A stretch of 64,000 bases of DNA from Gammaproteobacteria bacterium (lineage in GTDB: Bacteria; Pseudomonadota; Gammaproteobacteria; GCA-001735895): contig JBNKUM010000070.1 of assembly GCA_050298595.1 (NCBI GenBank), positions 1-64,000 of the forward strand, written 5' to 3'. The notes beneath the pieces were generated by a model, which saw only the letters and a program-made list of their open reading frames with translations, had not been told where the DNA came from and did no database searches. The stretch's first letter is position 1, and each line of letters starts with the position of its first letter. Below, one piece after another: positions 27,813-40,048 of this stretch. The translations under genes and the position numbers were made by a program.

Positions 27813-29201
27813 TTATTTCTTTTTCTTAACAAACTTCATCAGACGTTTCTTTTTATCCACCTGGTGTTTACTCAGCTTGTTACGTTTTTCAGCATAGGGA
27901 TTGTCCCCAACCTTAAACTCTATACGCACTGGTGTACCTTTAAGCTTGAGCTTCTGGATAAAAAAGCTCATCAAATAACGTTTATAGGCATCGTTTAATT
28001 TATCAGTCCTCGATCCATGGATGACGATAATGGGCGGGTTTCTTCCCCCCTGATGCGCATAGCGCAATTTAATTCTATGTCCGTTAGACAAGGGGGGATT
28101 ATGTTTAAAAACAGCCTCTTCCAGCAAGTCAGTAAGCGCCTTGGTATTGAACTGTTTGAAAGCTGAGTCATACGCCTGATCGATGGATTTCATCAATTCG
28201 CCTACCCCAGTGCCATGCTTGGCCGAAATGAAATGCTGATTGGCAAAATTGATGAATGAAAGTCGGCGACTGAGTTCAGTTTTATTGTATTCGCGCTGCT
28301 CAGGCTCCAGACCATCCCATTTATTGATCGCCAGCGCCATGGCTCGACCACTATCTAGTGCATATCCAAGCAGAGTCAAATCCTGATCTGTGATCCCATC
28401 GGTAGCATCTACCACCAGAACGACGACATTTGATTTTTCTATCGCTTCCAGCGCCTTGATAACACTGAATTTTTCTACGGTTTCATTCACCTTACCGCGT
28501 CTGCGTACACCTGCGGTATCAATCAGCGTATAGTGTTTACCGTGCCGTTCAAAGGGAACGGGAATCGAATCACGGGTAGTTCCAGGTAAGTCAAAAGCGA
28601 CCACACGCTCTTCACCTACCAGCCTATTGATTAAGGTTGATTTACCTACATTGGGGCGACCGATTATTGCTATGGAAGGACCATCAGTTGACTCATGCTG
28701 ATCCGACGTCTGTTCAAAATCACTGAGCACATCTTCGATCATTAGTGTAATGCCCTTGCGTTGTGAGGCCGCAATCATGGACATATGGGGAAAACCTAAG
28801 GAATAAAAATCGGATTCAGCATGTTCCGGATTAACCCCGTCAATTTTATTAATCACCACAGTGACAGGCTTGCCAGACTTTCGGATCATTTCCGCAATCA
28901 CCTCGTCGCCACTGGTTATGCCAGAACGTGCATCCACCAGAAATAGAACCCGGTCAGACTCTTCAAGCGCTAACAGAGTCTGACGCGCCATCAGGTCATC
29001 CAGTGTTTGCTGTTCGCCACTTAAGCCGCCAGTATCAACGACGATAAACTTTTTTTCACCGACCTTGCCGATACCGTATTGACGATCCCGGGTCAGCCCT
29101 GGCTCATCAGCCACAATAGCATCACGCGTACGGGTCAACCCATTAAATAGCGTTGATTTGCCGACATTTGGACGCCCAATCAGTGCGATAACTGGAATCA
29201 C
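27813..29201 (-). CDS. der: Ribosome biogenesis GTPase Der
   Basis: Two GRPNVGKST G-domains and a KH-like C-terminus. Confidence 0.97.
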   Translation of the reverse strand: MIPVIALIGRPNVGKSTLFNGLTRTRDAIVADEPGLTRDRQYGIGKVGEKKFIVVDTGGLSGEQQTLDDLMARQTLLALEESDRVLFLVDARSGITSGDEVIAEMIRKSGKPVTVVINKIDGVNPEHAESDFYSLGFPHMSMIAASQRKGITLMIEDVLSDFEQTSDQHESTDGPSIAIIGRPNVGKSTLINRLVGEERVVAFDLPGTTRDSIPVPFERHGKHYTLIDTAGVRRRGKVNETVEKFSVIKALEAIEKSNVVVLVVDATDGITDQDLTLLGYALDSGRAMALAINKWDGLEPEQREYNKTELSRRLSFINFANQHFISAKHGTGVGELMKSIDQAYDSAFKQFNTKALTDLLEEAVFKHNPPLSNGHRIKLRYAHQGGRNPPIIVIHGSRTDKLNDAYKRYLMSFFIQKLKLKGTPVRIEFKVGDNPYAEKRNKLSKHQVDKKKRLMKFVKKKK

Positions 29202-30361
29202 TTAGATTTTTCCTGGGTAACGGCTGTCAGGTTTCCTGCCACATCAATGACATACGCAACACCATTGCTATTGATTGGCTGAGAAATATAACGGCTTTCG
29301 GCTGGCCTTGTACGAGCCATTAGTTTTCCATCTGATTTTCGTAGAAAATGGAGATGTCCTGCCAGATCACCAACGATCAGACGTTCTCCTATTATGGCTG
29401 GCGCAGTGATTTTACGTGCATTCAGAACGTCCTGTTTCCAGAAAGAACTGCCAGTTCGTCTATCAATCGACCATAGATGGCTACGATCATCGACTAGATA
29501 CAGTGCTTCCTGATCTACTGCAATAGCTTTCGAGCTGGAAAATTCTCGTGACCAGATAACCTGTCCGGTATTAGCGGTCACCGCTGCAAGATTTCCCTGA
29601 AATGAGCTGACGTATATAACCCCATCACGTATGACAAACTGCCCATCAATGTCTACCAGACGTTCGATTTCGGTACGACCTCGTGGACTGCCTATGGTGG
29701 TTTCCCAGGCTGTAGAGCCATTGCTACGCTCCATGGCAACCAGTTTACCGCTATCAAATCCGCTGATCACCAGATCGTCAATGGGTATAGGCCTACTATT
29801 CCCAGTCAGAGAAAGAGCTGGAACACGACGTGTTACTGTCCATTGAATTTCTCCACTGCTGGCATCAAGCGCAGATAATTTGCCATCACCTGTGCGTACA
29901 AAGACCTGGTTAGTGTCCAATACGGCCTGTGTGCGAATCTCGCTACTTAATTGCTTCTTCCAGCTCAACAGTAATGAGTCATCTTTGATTTCATACAGAG
30001 CCACTTCACCATCTCGTGAAGTAGCCACCAGATGAGTATCATCTCCAGATAACCCGGCAATCGCCGGCAAACCAGTTTCAAAACTCCAGTTAGCACGGCC
30101 TCGTTTGGCATCAATTTGATAAATACGACCACTCAAATCGATGGTATAAATTTTGTCACCTGATACCAGTGGAGCCAGATCAAAAAAATTGACCAGAGAA
30201 CTCTTCCCGGTCTGAAAAGTCCAGAGTTCACGCACATACTCAGGGTTTTCAATCTCTGTTAATTCGGCAGGGGGGTCACTATTGTCCGGCGTAGAACAGC
30301 CAAACACTAATAATGTCAGGCTGATGATCAGGGTTAACCGGCCGAGGGGCATATACTTCAT
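29198..30361 (-). CDS. bamB: Outer membrane assembly lipoprotein BamB
   Basis: Lipobox FGC, PQQ-like repeats, GRTEIERLVDIDG; synteny. Confidence 0.93.
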   Translation of the reverse strand: MKYMPLGRLTLIISLTLLVFGCSTPDNSDPPAELTEIENPEYVRELWTFQTGKSSLVNFFDLAPLVSGDKIYTIDLSGRIYQIDAKRGRANWSFETGLPAIAGLSGDDTHLVATSRDGEVALYEIKDDSLLLSWKKQLSSEIRTQAVLDTNQVFVRTGDGKLSALDASSGEIQWTVTRRVPALSLTGNSRPIPIDDLVISGFDSGKLVAMERSNGSTAWETTIGSPRGRTEIERLVDIDGQFVIRDGVIYVSSFQGNLAAVTANTGQVIWSREFSSSKAIAVDQEALYLVDDRSHLWSIDRRTGSSFWKQDVLNARKITAPAIIGERLIVGDLAGHLHFLRKSDGKLMARTRPAESRYISQPINSNGVAYVIDVAGNLTAVTQEKSK

Positions 30362-30392
30362 GCTTTGATCCTTAAAATGATAGCTTCAATGT

Positions 30393-31034
30393 TTAGCTAT
30401 TGAGGCTAGACACACCCAGATTGTCCAGCTTTTGCTGAAGGAATTGTGGGTTAGCTGCAGGTGGGTTGGCCATACGGGCTTTTTGATAGGCGGCTCTTGC
30501 CTGCTCTGCCTGTCCCTGAGCAGCCAGAATATCGCCTTTTAATTCTTCAACCGCTGCAGAAAACTGTTGCGGATATTCCACTTCGAGGGTTTTCAGTGCT
30601 TGATCAAGCTGACCGAGTTGTTGCTGAACAGCTGCAAGTCGCATGCGCGCGATGACCTGGATGGTCGTTTCAGATGAATCACCGATTATTTTTTGTAAGG
30701 TTTGTGCAGCCTCTTCATATTTTTCAGAAGAGACATATGCCTTGGCCAGGGCAAACTGCGCAAGGTCTGCATAGGGCGTGGAGCTATAATCACCCAGTAC
30801 CAGATTAGCCTGCTCGATGGCTGCGTCGGATTTATTAGCATCCAGAGCTGACATCATTTGAGTAAAATACGCGGATGCCTCGGCAGCATGAGTCGTTTTA
30901 TAGTCAACATAAAAGCGCCATCCAGCCAAACCACCAATACCGATAACCAGTCCAGCTACTACCGAACTACCATTATCGGACCACCATTTTTTGATGCGTT
31001 CAACCTGCTCTTCATCTGTCATATATTCAGTCAT
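30393..31034 (-). CDS. yfgM: TPR membrane protein YfgM
   Basis: TDEEQVERIKKWW..NG; lies between hisS and bamB. Confidence 0.9.
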   Translation of the reverse strand: MTEYMTDEEQVERIKKWWSDNGSSVVAGLVIGIGGLAGWRFYVDYKTTHAAEASAYFTQMMSALDANKSDAAIEQANLVLGDYSSTPYADLAQFALAKAYVSSEKYEEAAQTLQKIIGDSSETTIQVIARMRLAAVQQQLGQLDQALKTLEVEYPQQFSAAVEELKGDILAAQGQAEQARAAYQKARMANPPAANPQFLQQKLDNLGVSSLNS

Positions 31035-31042
31035 TGTATTGC

Positions 31043-32329
31043 CTAACCTTTATTTTGTTCGTTTAATAATTGTCTTACCTGTTGCGCCAGTTCTTGCTGA
31101 GAGAGGGTCAGTTGTTCCCGATTATCGCGTAGAAACTTGACATTAATAATGTCCTTCTCAACCTCATGTTCACCCAATATCAGGGCAAGTAAAGCTCCAG
31201 ATTTATCTGCTTTTTTCATCTGACTTTTAAAGCTACCGCCACCAGCATGTAGCACCAGTGCTATACCCGGTAATTGATCGCGTAAATGTTCTGCCAGTTT
31301 ATGACCGCTTTTGACTGCTTTTTCTCCCACCGCGACGAAATAAATCTCGCTGGTTGCCGCAGCCTGGGCCTGTTGCTGATCTATTAACATGGATACCAGG
31401 CGTTCGACACCCATTGCAAAACCTGCAGCGAAGGTCGGTTTACCGCCCAGTTGCTCAACCAGACCATCGTAACGACCACCTGCGCAGACAGTACCCTGTG
31501 CACCCAGACTGTCGGTAACCCATTCGAATACAGTATGACAATAATAATCGAGCCCACGTACCAGACGTGTATTGATGCTATAAGGCTGTCCAGCAAAATC
31601 CAGAATCTCTAATAACTGATTGAAGTGATCTCTGGATTCATCACATAAATGATCCTGTAGCTTAGGCGCAGATTCGATTAACCCTTGCATATCAGGATTT
31701 TTACTATCGAGTATGCGTAATGGATTGCTACCCAGACGACGCTGACTGTCTTCGTCCAGTTGATCAAGGTGATCAGTAAAATAGTTTACTAGCACCTCTT
31801 TATAGGCCGTTCGATCTTCACTGGTACCCAGTGTATTGAGTTGTAGAGAGATATCCTGCAAACCGAGTAATCTCCAAAGACGTGCAGCCATCAGAATCAA
31901 TTCGGCTTCGACATCGGCACCTTGCATACCAAAGGTTTCAGCGCCCAGTTGATGAAACTGGCGATAACGACCTTTTTGTGGACGTTCATGACGAAACATG
32001 GGACCGTTGTACCAAAGGCGTTGCTGCTGATTGTGCAGCAGTCCATGTTCGATTCCTGCACGAACCACACTGGCAGTATTCTCTGGTCGCAGGCTCAGGC
32101 TATCTCCATTACGATCATCGAAACTGTACATTTCTTTTTCGACGATATCGGTCACTTCACCGATAGAGCGATGAAAGAGTCCCGTTTTCTCTAATATGGG
32201 TGTACGAATCTGGCGATAGCCATAGCTTTCGACCAGGTTACGAAAACCATCTTCCAGTTGCTGCCATACGCCGATTTCTTCAGGCAGTATGTCGTGCATA
32301 CCACGTATTACTTGTATTTGCTGAACCAT
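31043..32329 (-). CDS. hisS: Histidine--tRNA ligase
   Basis: [36 protein letters not shown]. Confidence 0.97.
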   Translation of the reverse strand: MVQQIQVIRGMHDILPEEIGVWQQLEDGFRNLVESYGYRQIRTPILEKTGLFHRSIGEVTDIVEKEMYSFDDRNGDSLSLRPENTASVVRAGIEHGLLHNQQQRLWYNGPMFRHERPQKGRYRQFHQLGAETFGMQGADVEAELILMAARLWRLLGLQDISLQLNTLGTSEDRTAYKEVLVNYFTDHLDQLDEDSQRRLGSNPLRILDSKNPDMQGLIESAPKLQDHLCDESRDHFNQLLEILDFAGQPYSINTRLVRGLDYYCHTVFEWVTDSLGAQGTVCAGGRYDGLVEQLGGKPTFAAGFAMGVERLVSMLIDQQQAQAAATSEIYFVAVGEKAVKSGHKLAEHLRDQLPGIALVLHAGGGSFKSQMKKADKSGALLALILGEHEVEKDIINVKFLRDNREQLTLSQQELAQQVRQLLNEQNKG

Positions 32330-32331
32330 TA

Positions 32332-33321
32332 TTACTGCCCTATTTTCAACCTGGCAGTGTTATCCGCTCTTATTTTCTTACTAAGATCTATGTCTTCACC
32401 CTGATAACGGATGCTGACGCCATGTCCATTACCCAAAAAAGCTTTAAATGGTGCCTTACCGGTCAGGGTAATATTCTGGCCACTTTTCAACAGGTCGTAA
32501 ACAAGCCTATTCCCATCTGCGTCCTTGATATCAGCCCAGGTATCGGCATTTACAATAATCACCAGATCCGTTGAATCCGTCGCCTTGCCTGTATCTTCCA
32601 GTTGCTCAGGTACAGGCTCTGAGTCACTTTCTAATCCTGTCTGGGCCTGGGGTTCTAACTGTTCCGTCTGAGGAAGGATTTCATTAATACTGTTCAACTC
32701 GTTTCTAGCTACCTGCTCAAGCGTAACATCTGTTGAATTATTTATTTCTTGAGTAGCGCTTGCCTCAACGTCTTCCTGCAAAACACTATCCATTGTCTCA
32801 TTTGCAGAAAGCGGAAGAGAAATCGTGGAAGAGTCGGAAAAATCACCTGAGTTAGCGATAATCTCAGTGGAATCGGTAGAATCAAGGCTGACTGTTTGCG
32901 CTGGCTGCTGATATCGATTCCACCACCAGAAAGATAACAGGCCTATCAATATGATAATCACCAGCCAGGTTGTGCCTTTCACTCGAGCATCACCCGAGTT
33001 AATTTCAGGAGAAGTGTTGCTGGTAGATGAAATTGGAGGATCATTTTGGGTGTAAAATTTAGAATATTGTTTAATGATCTCTTCTTCATCAAGATTCACT
33101 ATGCGCGCATACGAGCGTAGATAACCTTTTACAAATATGGGTGCAGTAATATCTTCAAAATCATTCTCTTCCAAACTACTCAATATTGCCGCAGAGAGGC
33201 GCATTTTGTTGGCTACATCATCCAGTGTTAGTCCTATAGATATCCTTGCCGCCTGCAGGCGATCTCCAGGACCCAGGCTTGGAGGACCTTGTTTGGTCTC
33301 CTCTTGTAATGTCTCACTCAT
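32332..33321 (-). CDS. rodZ: Cell-shape protein RodZ
   Basis: N-terminal HTH ([10 protein letters not shown]), a single TM helix, C-terminal DUF4115-like domain. Confidence 0.9.
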   Translation of the reverse strand: MSETLQEETKQGPPSLGPGDRLQAARISIGLTLDDVANKMRLSAAILSSLEENDFEDITAPIFVKGYLRSYARIVNLDEEEIIKQYSKFYTQNDPPISSTSNTSPEINSGDARVKGTTWLVIIILIGLLSFWWWNRYQQPAQTVSLDSTDSTEIIANSGDFSDSSTISLPLSANETMDSVLQEDVEASATQEINNSTDVTLEQVARNELNSINEILPQTEQLEPQAQTGLESDSEPVPEQLEDTGKATDSTDLVIIVNADTWADIKDADGNRLVYDLLKSGQNITLTGKAPFKAFLGNGHGVSIRYQGEDIDLSKKIRADNTARLKIGQ

Positions 33322-34064
33322 TTCGAAAGTCTTAACCAGGATTGATATTCAGGGGTATCGGCAAAGTCAGTCTTGAGTTTTTCTGCTAGCTTATAAGCCT
33401 CATCTCGGTGACTTAATTCAAGTTCATTCCTGATTTCCAGCCACAAACTACGTGCCGTCGATTTACCTACCAAATGATAACGCTTTAAATAGATGGTTGT
33501 TAGTGGATATTGTTTTTCTTCGAAACTGATTTCTGCCAGCATGATGAGTGCGGGCCGGTAATTATTGCGCATTCCCAGTGCTTTCTTCAGATATTCCTTA
33601 ACCATCTCAGGCTTTGAATTATTCTGTTGCAAACAACTTGCAGCATTGGTGTAAGCCACTTCAGGAGATTTATATAAGGGATTTTTAAGTGCCTGGAGAA
33701 ACATTTTTTCAGCTTCTTCTGGTCGGTGATCATGGCATAGAAAAGCCCCGAAGTTATTCAATGCTTCTGAGTCTTTATCGTTATATTCAATCGCTTTTCT
33801 AAAATGGAATTCGGCTTTTTCCTTATCCTGAAAACGATTTTGCAAAACGGCATAAGCATGATGTGCCTGTGCGTTACGCGGGTTTTGATCCAGCGCCTTG
33901 AGCAGTTTTTCATTAGCCAGTTCCAGGTTATTCTGATGGTAGTAACCCATGCCCAGTTGGACGTTGATATCACTGGCCTTTTCTTTTTGTGACGGCCCCT
34001 CATCGACCACAACGCAGGCTGATAAACTAAATAGCATGAGCCAGATCAGGTTAATTCGTAACAT
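33318..34064 (-). CDS. pilW: Type IV pilus biogenesis/stability lipoprotein PilW (PilF)
   Basis: Lipobox LSAC, TPRs, NNFGAFLC; synteny. Confidence 0.9.
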   Translation of the reverse strand: MLRINLIWLMLFSLSACVVVDEGPSQKEKASDINVQLGMGYYHQNNLELANEKLLKALDQNPRNAQAHHAYAVLQNRFQDKEKAEFHFRKAIEYNDKDSEALNNFGAFLCHDHRPEEAEKMFLQALKNPLYKSPEVAYTNAASCLQQNNSKPEMVKEYLKKALGMRNNYRPALIMLAEISFEEKQYPLTTIYLKRYHLVGKSTARSLWLEIRNELELSHRDEAYKLAEKLKTDFADTPEYQSWLRLSK

Positions 34065-35176
34065 TACATTTGTCCTGTTATTGATTCTAATGAGACCTGA
34101 TGTTTCAGGCTTCTTCGACTTTTATCCTTCACTTTTCCAACCAGTTGACCACAGGCCGCATCGATATCTTCACCTCGCGTTTTGCGGGTTACTGTTACTA
34201 TGCCCTTGCTATGCACATAATCGCGAAATCGGTTAATAGTTTCACGATCAGAACACTGGTAAATGGCATTAGGATAAGGATTAAAGGGTATTAAGTTTAG
34301 TTTACTGGGTATAGGTTTAAGAATTTTAACCAACTCACGCGCATGTTCCAGACTGTCGTTGACACCCGCGAGCATAACATATTCAAAGGTTATACGTCGG
34401 CGATTATGATCTTTTACATATTCGAGACAGGCTGCTAGTAACTCACGGATTGGATACTTTTTATTCAATGGGACCAGTTGATCCCGAAGCTCATCATTTG
34501 CAGCATGCAATGATACTGCAAGACAGACATCGGTTGACTGTTTTAACTTCATAATTGCTGGCACCACGCCCGCTGTACTGATGGTGACACGGCGTTTGCT
34601 TAAGCTATAGGCAAAATCATCACACATAATATTGAGCGCAGACATCACCGCATCATAGTTGAGTAATGGCTCACCCATGCCCATCATCACAACGTTAGTG
34701 ATACCGTTTTCACGCCCATCCGCGACCAGTGAATGATGCGCAAGATACAACTGCCCAATGATTTCAGCTGTCGTCAAATTGCGATTAAATCCCTGTTTGG
34801 CGGTAGAGCAGAATGAACAGTTTAAGGTGCACCCAACCTGAGACGAGATACACAGAGTCATACGGTTATCTTCGGGTATGAGTACACATTCGACGGCATT
34901 CTCTACCCCATCTATATGCAGTAACCATTTGCGTGTACCATCCGAAGAGTGTTGAGCTATAGCCACTTCCGGCAATCTTACTTCCGCAATTTCACTGAGT
35001 TTGCTGCGCAGACTTTTGGCCAGGTCAGTCATCAGCGCAAAGTCGGTCACTCCACGCTGATGTATCCATTGCATAACCTGTTTGGCACGAAACGGTTTTT
35101 CGCCGATAGACAGGAAGAATGCTTCCATAGTCGACCGGTCCATATTTAACAGGTTATGCAAGGATGGCTGACTCAT
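34064..35176 (-). CDS. rlmN: Dual-specificity RNA methyltransferase RlmN
   Basis: [27 protein letters not shown]. Confidence 0.97.
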   Translation of the reverse strand: MSQPSLHNLLNMDRSTMEAFFLSIGEKPFRAKQVMQWIHQRGVTDFALMTDLAKSLRSKLSEIAEVRLPEVAIAQHSSDGTRKWLLHIDGVENAVECVLIPEDNRMTLCISSQVGCTLNCSFCSTAKQGFNRNLTTAEIIGQLYLAHHSLVADGRENGITNVVMMGMGEPLLNYDAVMSALNIMCDDFAYSLSKRRVTISTAGVVPAIMKLKQSTDVCLAVSLHAANDELRDQLVPLNKKYPIRELLAACLEYVKDHNRRRITFEYVMLAGVNDSLEHARELVKILKPIPSKLNLIPFNPYPNAIYQCSDRETINRFRDYVHSKGIVTVTRKTRGEDIDAACGQLVGKVKDKSRRSLKHQVSLESITGQM

Positions 35177-35179
35177 TGC

Positions 35180-35611
35180 TTAGCGGATTCGCTCACACAA
35201 TTCATTGTCAGAGAAGAAATAGGCGATCTCAACCTGTGCAGTTTCTGGAGCATCTGAGCCATGTACAGCGTTTTCATCGATGCTACTAGCAAAATCAGCA
35301 CGAATTGTACCTGGAGCCGCTTCCGCAGGATTGGTCGCGCCCATAACTTCACGATTTTTAGCGATGGCACCTTCACCCTCCAGAACCTGAACCATAACAG
35401 GGCCAGAGGTCATAAAATCGACCAGATCTTTGAAGAAAGGACGTTCTTTATGAACAGCATAAAATCCTTCAGCTTTCGCCTGATCCAGCTGAATCATTTT
35501 AGCTGCGACTATGCGCAGACCTGCGTTTTCAAAGCGGCTATAAATCTGCCCGATAATGTTCTTGGCAACTGCGTCAGGCTTGATAATAGACAGGGTTCTT
35601 TCGGTACTCAT
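35180..35611 (-). CDS. ndk: Nucleoside diphosphate kinase
   Basis: [11 protein letters not shown] and NAVHGSD. Confidence 0.98.
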   Translation of the reverse strand: MSTERTLSIIKPDAVAKNIIGQIYSRFENAGLRIVAAKMIQLDQAKAEGFYAVHKERPFFKDLVDFMTSGPVMVQVLEGEGAIAKNREVMGATNPAEAAPGTIRADFASSIDENAVHGSDAPETAQVEIAYFFSDNELCERIR

Positions 35612-35823
35612 TAGTGCTCTCGTTTATGGTTTATAAAAATCGACTGATTTTACGCGTGTTTAGCGCATAACAGAAGGTATCCTGACTGAAATGATGCAAA
35701 AAATACCCACATTTTGTATAAAAACGCCTCCAGCACGGTTAGAGCTGGATACAGACCTTCCGTAGAGACTCATTACCGTTATAATACGCCCAATTTCTTA
35801 AGCCCAAATAACACTCAATTTTA

Positions 35824-37299
35824 ATGAATTTCATCGAAACCCGTGGCAATGATGGCCAGCATAAACTCTCTGTTCCTTTTTCCGAGGCCATCTTAAACCC
35901 TATTGCGTCCTTTGGTGGACTTTACAGTCCTGAATCTATTCCCACATTTCCCAGTGGTTTTTTAGAAAACCATTTAGCGAGTGACTATCAGCAACTGACT
36001 CGGTCCATTCTTGAACTGTTCGCGATCGATATTGATGAAGCCGTTATTAATCAGGCATTATCGCTGTATGGTCAATTCGATGATCCGCAAAACCCTGTAC
36101 CCGTTAACCGGGTTTATGAAGATCTTTATGTCAGCGAGCTGTATCACGGACCGACCCGAGCATTTAAAGACATGGCACTGCTTCCTTTTGGTGCGGTGTT
36201 ATCGTCACTAGCTCAACAGCGACATGAAAACTATTTGATACTGGCAGCAACCAGTGGAGACACCGGGCCAGCTGCACTGGAGACTTTCAAAAACCGCGCT
36301 AACGTACGTGTTGCCTGCCTCTATCCGGATGGAGGCACATCGGATGTACAACGCCTGCAGATGGTCACAGAAGATGCCGACAACCTGAAAGTGATCGGTA
36401 TCAAGGGTAATTTCGACGATGCTCAGAAAGCACTCAAAACACTGCTAGGCTCTGCTGCCTTCAAGGATAAATTAAAGCAAAAGGGTATATCGCTTTCCGC
36501 AGCCAACTCGGTCAATTTTGGCCGCATTATCTTTCAGATTATCTACCATATTCACTCCTATCTCGAACTGGTAAGACAACAAGCCATTCAAGCGAATGAG
36601 AAGATTTATCTGAATATCCCCAGCGGGAATTTTGGTAATGCGTTAGGTGCCTTCTATGCCGTTAAAATGGGACTACCGGTAGAAAAGATTCTGATTTCAT
36701 CGAACGCAAACAATGTATTAAGCGACCTGATTAATACCGGCATTTACGACCTGAATTCAAGAACCTTGATCAGCACTACCTCACCTGCCATGGATATCCT
36801 GGTTTCATCTAACGTAGAGCGCGTTTTGTTTGACTTGCTGGGCGCTACTCGTACACAGGAATTGATGCAGCAACTGATTGAAAAAAGGCGTTATCAACTC
36901 ACCCCTGATGAGCTAAACCTGTTGCAGCAATATTTTGCCGCCGATTATTGTAGTGATGATGAGGGGCAGGCATTTATCAAGCAGGCATTTGATGACGGCT
37001 ATCTGATGGATCCTCACACAGCAACCTGCTTTAAGACCCATCAGAGCTACCGTAACAGCGGACTGAAATCGATTGTTTATTCAACGGCTGAATGGACCAA
37101 ATTCTCACCTGTAATCGATTTTGCCTTGACAGGAAAGCGTGATGGTCATGACCAGGATGCTTTGAAATCGATTGCAGCAACTGCAAATATTGAAATCCCT
37201 CAGGTAATCCGTGAGCTTTTCAATAAACCTGTATCCCAGGATATCGTGATTGACAAACAGGATATTGAAACTGAAATTCTGGCTTTTCTGGATCAATAA
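35824..37299 (+). CDS. thrC: Threonine synthase
   Basis: ELYHGPTRAFKD, AATSGDTG, ANSVNFGR, PSGNFGN, SPAMDI. Confidence 0.95.
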   Translation: MNFIETRGNDGQHKLSVPFSEAILNPIASFGGLYSPESIPTFPSGFLENHLASDYQQLTRSILELFAIDIDEAVINQALSLYGQFDDPQNPVPVNRVYEDLYVSELYHGPTRAFKDMALLPFGAVLSSLAQQRHENYLILAATSGDTGPAALETFKNRANVRVACLYPDGGTSDVQRLQMVTEDADNLKVIGIKGNFDDAQKALKTLLGSAAFKDKLKQKGISLSAANSVNFGRIIFQIIYHIHSYLELVRQQAIQANEKIYLNIPSGNFGNALGAFYAVKMGLPVEKILISSNANNVLSDLINTGIYDLNSRTLISTTSPAMDILVSSNVERVLFDLLGATRTQELMQQLIEKRRYQLTPDELNLLQQYFAADYCSDDEGQAFIKQAFDDGYLMDPHTATCFKTHQSYRNSGLKSIVYSTAEWTKFSPVIDFALTGKRDGHDQDALKSIAATANIEIPQVIRELFNKPVSQDIVIDKQDIETEILAFLDQ

Positions 37300-37312
37300 G
37301 CATACCAAAAAA

Positions 37313-37338
37313 ATAAAGGCTACAAATGCAGCCTTTAT
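37313..37338. terminator. Bidirectional terminator between thrC and hom
   Basis: ATAAAGGCT...AGCCTTTAT hairpin preceded by an A-run. Confidence 0.75.
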
Positions 37339-37358
37339 GGTAATTTCAGCGAAAGCCC

Positions 37359-38678
37359 TTAGTTGGAATCCAGATTTTCCACGCGTATGCGGGTTACTTC
37401 ACCACTCACCGATGACAGCCCCTCAATAGAAGCTATTGCCTGATTCATCTGAGACTCCTGAATACGTTGAGTCAACATGATAATAGTAGCGGTTGCTTCG
37501 TTAGCTGCTGGCTCTTTCTGCAAAATTGCCTCAATCGAGATATTATTCTCACCCATAATACGGGCGATATCAGCCATCACTCCAGGCTTATCCTGCGCCT
37601 GCAAACGTAAATAATAGGCCGTCACCACATCATCCATGCTAAGGACAGGAATATCATTGAGCTGATCGGGTTGAAATGCCAGATGAGGTACACGGTTCTC
37701 CGGATCGGTGGTCAGCGAACGAGTCACATCAACGATATCAGCCACTACTGCTGATGCAGTTGGATTAGCCCCGGCACCTGCACCATAATATAACGATGGC
37801 CCCAACTTATCCGCCATAATGAGCACGGCATTCATCACGCCATCGACATTTGCAATTAATCGTTTTTCAGGAATCAGGGTAGGATGTACACGCATCTCTA
37901 TACCCTTTTCTGTGGCTCGGGTAACACCAAGGTGTTTAATGCGGTAACCCAGTTGAGCGGCAAAGGTGACATCATCCTGAGATATCTTGCTGATGCCTTC
38001 GGTATACACTTTTTCGAACTGCAGGGGCACGCCAAATGCGATAGAAGAAAGGATGCATAGCTTGTGCGCCGCATCTATCCCTTCCACATCAAAGGTAGGA
38101 TCTGCTTCGGCATAACCCAGCTCCTGAGCTTCCTTTAATACATCGTTAAAATCACGTCCCTTATCGCGCATTTCGGTAAGAATGAAATTCCCTGTTCCGT
38201 TTATAATGCCCGCTATCCATTGAATTCGGTTACCACTTAACCCTTCACGGATCGCCTTGATAATTGGGATGCCACCAGCTACTGCTGCTTCGAAAGCAAC
38301 CACAACACCCTTCGCCTGGGCAGCTGCAAAAATTTCATTTCCATATTTTGCAATCATCGCCTTATTGGCCGTAACCACATGTTTGCCATTGTTGATCGCA
38401 GCCATCACCAGTTCGCGCGCGGGAGAGTCGCCGCCGATCAATTCCACCACAATATCAACGTCAGGATTGTTTACGACTTCGAAAGCGTCTTCGGTAATAA
38501 TGGCCTGTTCTGTGCCTTCGGGTTTTTCACCTGGCTTTAAGCCACGCGCAGCAGCATGTATCACCTGAATATCGCGACCAGCGCGACGCGCTATTTCTGC
38601 GGCATTACTCAGCAATACTCTAGCGGTGCCACCACCTACAGTCCCTAACCCTAATAAACCTATCTTGACCGGTTCCAC
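37359..38678 (-). CDS. hom: Homoserine dehydrogenase with ACT domain
   Basis: GLGTVGGG, VVTANKA, EAAVAGGIP, GYAEADP. Confidence 0.96.
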   Translation of the reverse strand: MEPVKIGLLGLGTVGGGTARVLLSNAAEIARRAGRDIQVIHAAARGLKPGEKPEGTEQAIITEDAFEVVNNPDVDIVVELIGGDSPARELVMAAINNGKHVVTANKAMIAKYGNEIFAAAQAKGVVVAFEAAVAGGIPIIKAIREGLSGNRIQWIAGIINGTGNFILTEMRDKGRDFNDVLKEAQELGYAEADPTFDVEGIDAAHKLCILSSIAFGVPLQFEKVYTEGISKISQDDVTFAAQLGYRIKHLGVTRATEKGIEMRVHPTLIPEKRLIANVDGVMNAVLIMADKLGPSLYYGAGAGANPTASAVVADIVDVTRSLTTDPENRVPHLAFQPDQLNDIPVLSMDDVVTAYYLRLQAQDKPGVMADIARIMGENNISIEAILQKEPAANEATATIIMLTQRIQESQMNQAIASIEGLSSVSGEVTRIRVENLDSN

Positions 38679-38718
38679 TATTTACCTCTGTGATACAAAT
38701 GAGTTTTTTTAAACAATA

Positions 38719-39918
38719 TTATGATTCTGATTGAGCACCAGATGCGTTACGCAGCATATCACGTATACCACGAAGCGCCTGACGTGTACGATGCTCATTC
38801 TCGATAAGACTAAAGCGTACATGATCATCACCATAATCGCCAAATCCAATACCTGGTGAAACAGCTACTTTTGCTTCTTTCAGCATCAGTTTTGAAAATT
38901 CCAGAGACCCCATATGGCGGAAGGGTTCGGGTATTTTGGCCCACACAAACATAGTGGCCTTAGGCGGTGTTACTTTCCAGCCCAGTGCATTGAGTCCACC
39001 ACACAGAACATCACGACGACTTTGATACATATCACGAATATCATCAATGACAGACTGGTCTCCATCCAGCGCAGTCACAGCTGCAACCTGAATTGGCGTG
39101 AACATGCCATAATCCATATAGGATTTAATACGCTGTAATGCTGCGACTAACGTGGGATTTCCACACATAAACCCAACACGCCACCCCGGCATATTATAGG
39201 TTTTAGATAAGGAGTAGAATTCAACGGCTATTTCTTTAGCGCCTTCAACCTGCAAAATTGAGGGTGCAATATAGCCATCGAAGGTGATTTCGGCATAAGC
39301 AAGATCGTGCACGACCCAGATTTTATGTTCGCGAGCAATAGCAACCACCTTTTCAAAAAAGTCCAGCTCTACACACTGAGTCGTTGGGTTACCCGGGAAA
39401 CTGATTACCAGCATCTTGGGTTTGGGCCAGCTATCCTTAATCGCTTTTTCTAGCTCGCTGAAAAAATCCACACCAGGGGTTAGTGGCACATAATGAATAT
39501 CCGCACCTGCAATGACAAAACCATAGGGATGAATGGGGTACGAAGGATTGGGTACCAACACGGCATCACCGGGAGCCACCGTCGCCATCGCCAGATGAGC
39601 CAGGCCTTCTTTAGAACCGATGGTAACAATCGCTTCAGTTTCAGGATCCAGCTCAACATCGTATTTTCGCTTATACCAGTTGCACACAGCCTGACGTAGA
39701 CGTGGAATTCCACGGGACAATGAATAACGATGGGTATCGTTACGTTGAGCAGCTTCACAAAGCTTGTCGACAATATGTTTGGGTGTAGGCTGGTCGGGGT
39801 TACCCATACCAAAATCAATGATATCTTCACCACGCGCTCGTGCTGCCGCTTTTAATTCATTTACGATATTAAATACATACGGAGGCAGGCGTTTTATACG
39901 TTGGAAATCGTCGTTCAA
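38719..39918 (-). CDS. alaC: Alanine transaminase
   Basis: [28 protein letters not shown]; precedes hom. Confidence 0.92.
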   Translation of the reverse strand: MNDDFQRIKRLPPYVFNIVNELKAAARARGEDIIDFGMGNPDQPTPKHIVDKLCEAAQRNDTHRYSLSRGIPRLRQAVCNWYKRKYDVELDPETEAIVTIGSKEGLAHLAMATVAPGDAVLVPNPSYPIHPYGFVIAGADIHYVPLTPGVDFFSELEKAIKDSWPKPKMLVISFPGNPTTQCVELDFFEKVVAIAREHKIWVVHDLAYAEITFDGYIAPSILQVEGAKEIAVEFYSLSKTYNMPGWRVGFMCGNPTLVAALQRIKSYMDYGMFTPIQVAAVTALDGDQSVIDDIRDMYQSRRDVLCGGLNALGWKVTPPKATMFVWAKIPEPFRHMGSLEFSKLMLKEAKVAVSPGIGFGDYGDDHVRFSLIENEHRTRQALRGIRDMLRNASGAQSES

Positions 39919-40048
39919 GACAGGGGTCTCACTGGGTTAATAAACAAAGGTCAGCAACGATAAACAGTGCTCAAGTCACTGTCAATCTGATATCTGAAAT
40001 TTTATTGGCTATCTGGTCAAAGCGCGAGATTTAAGATAACCTGCGCGC

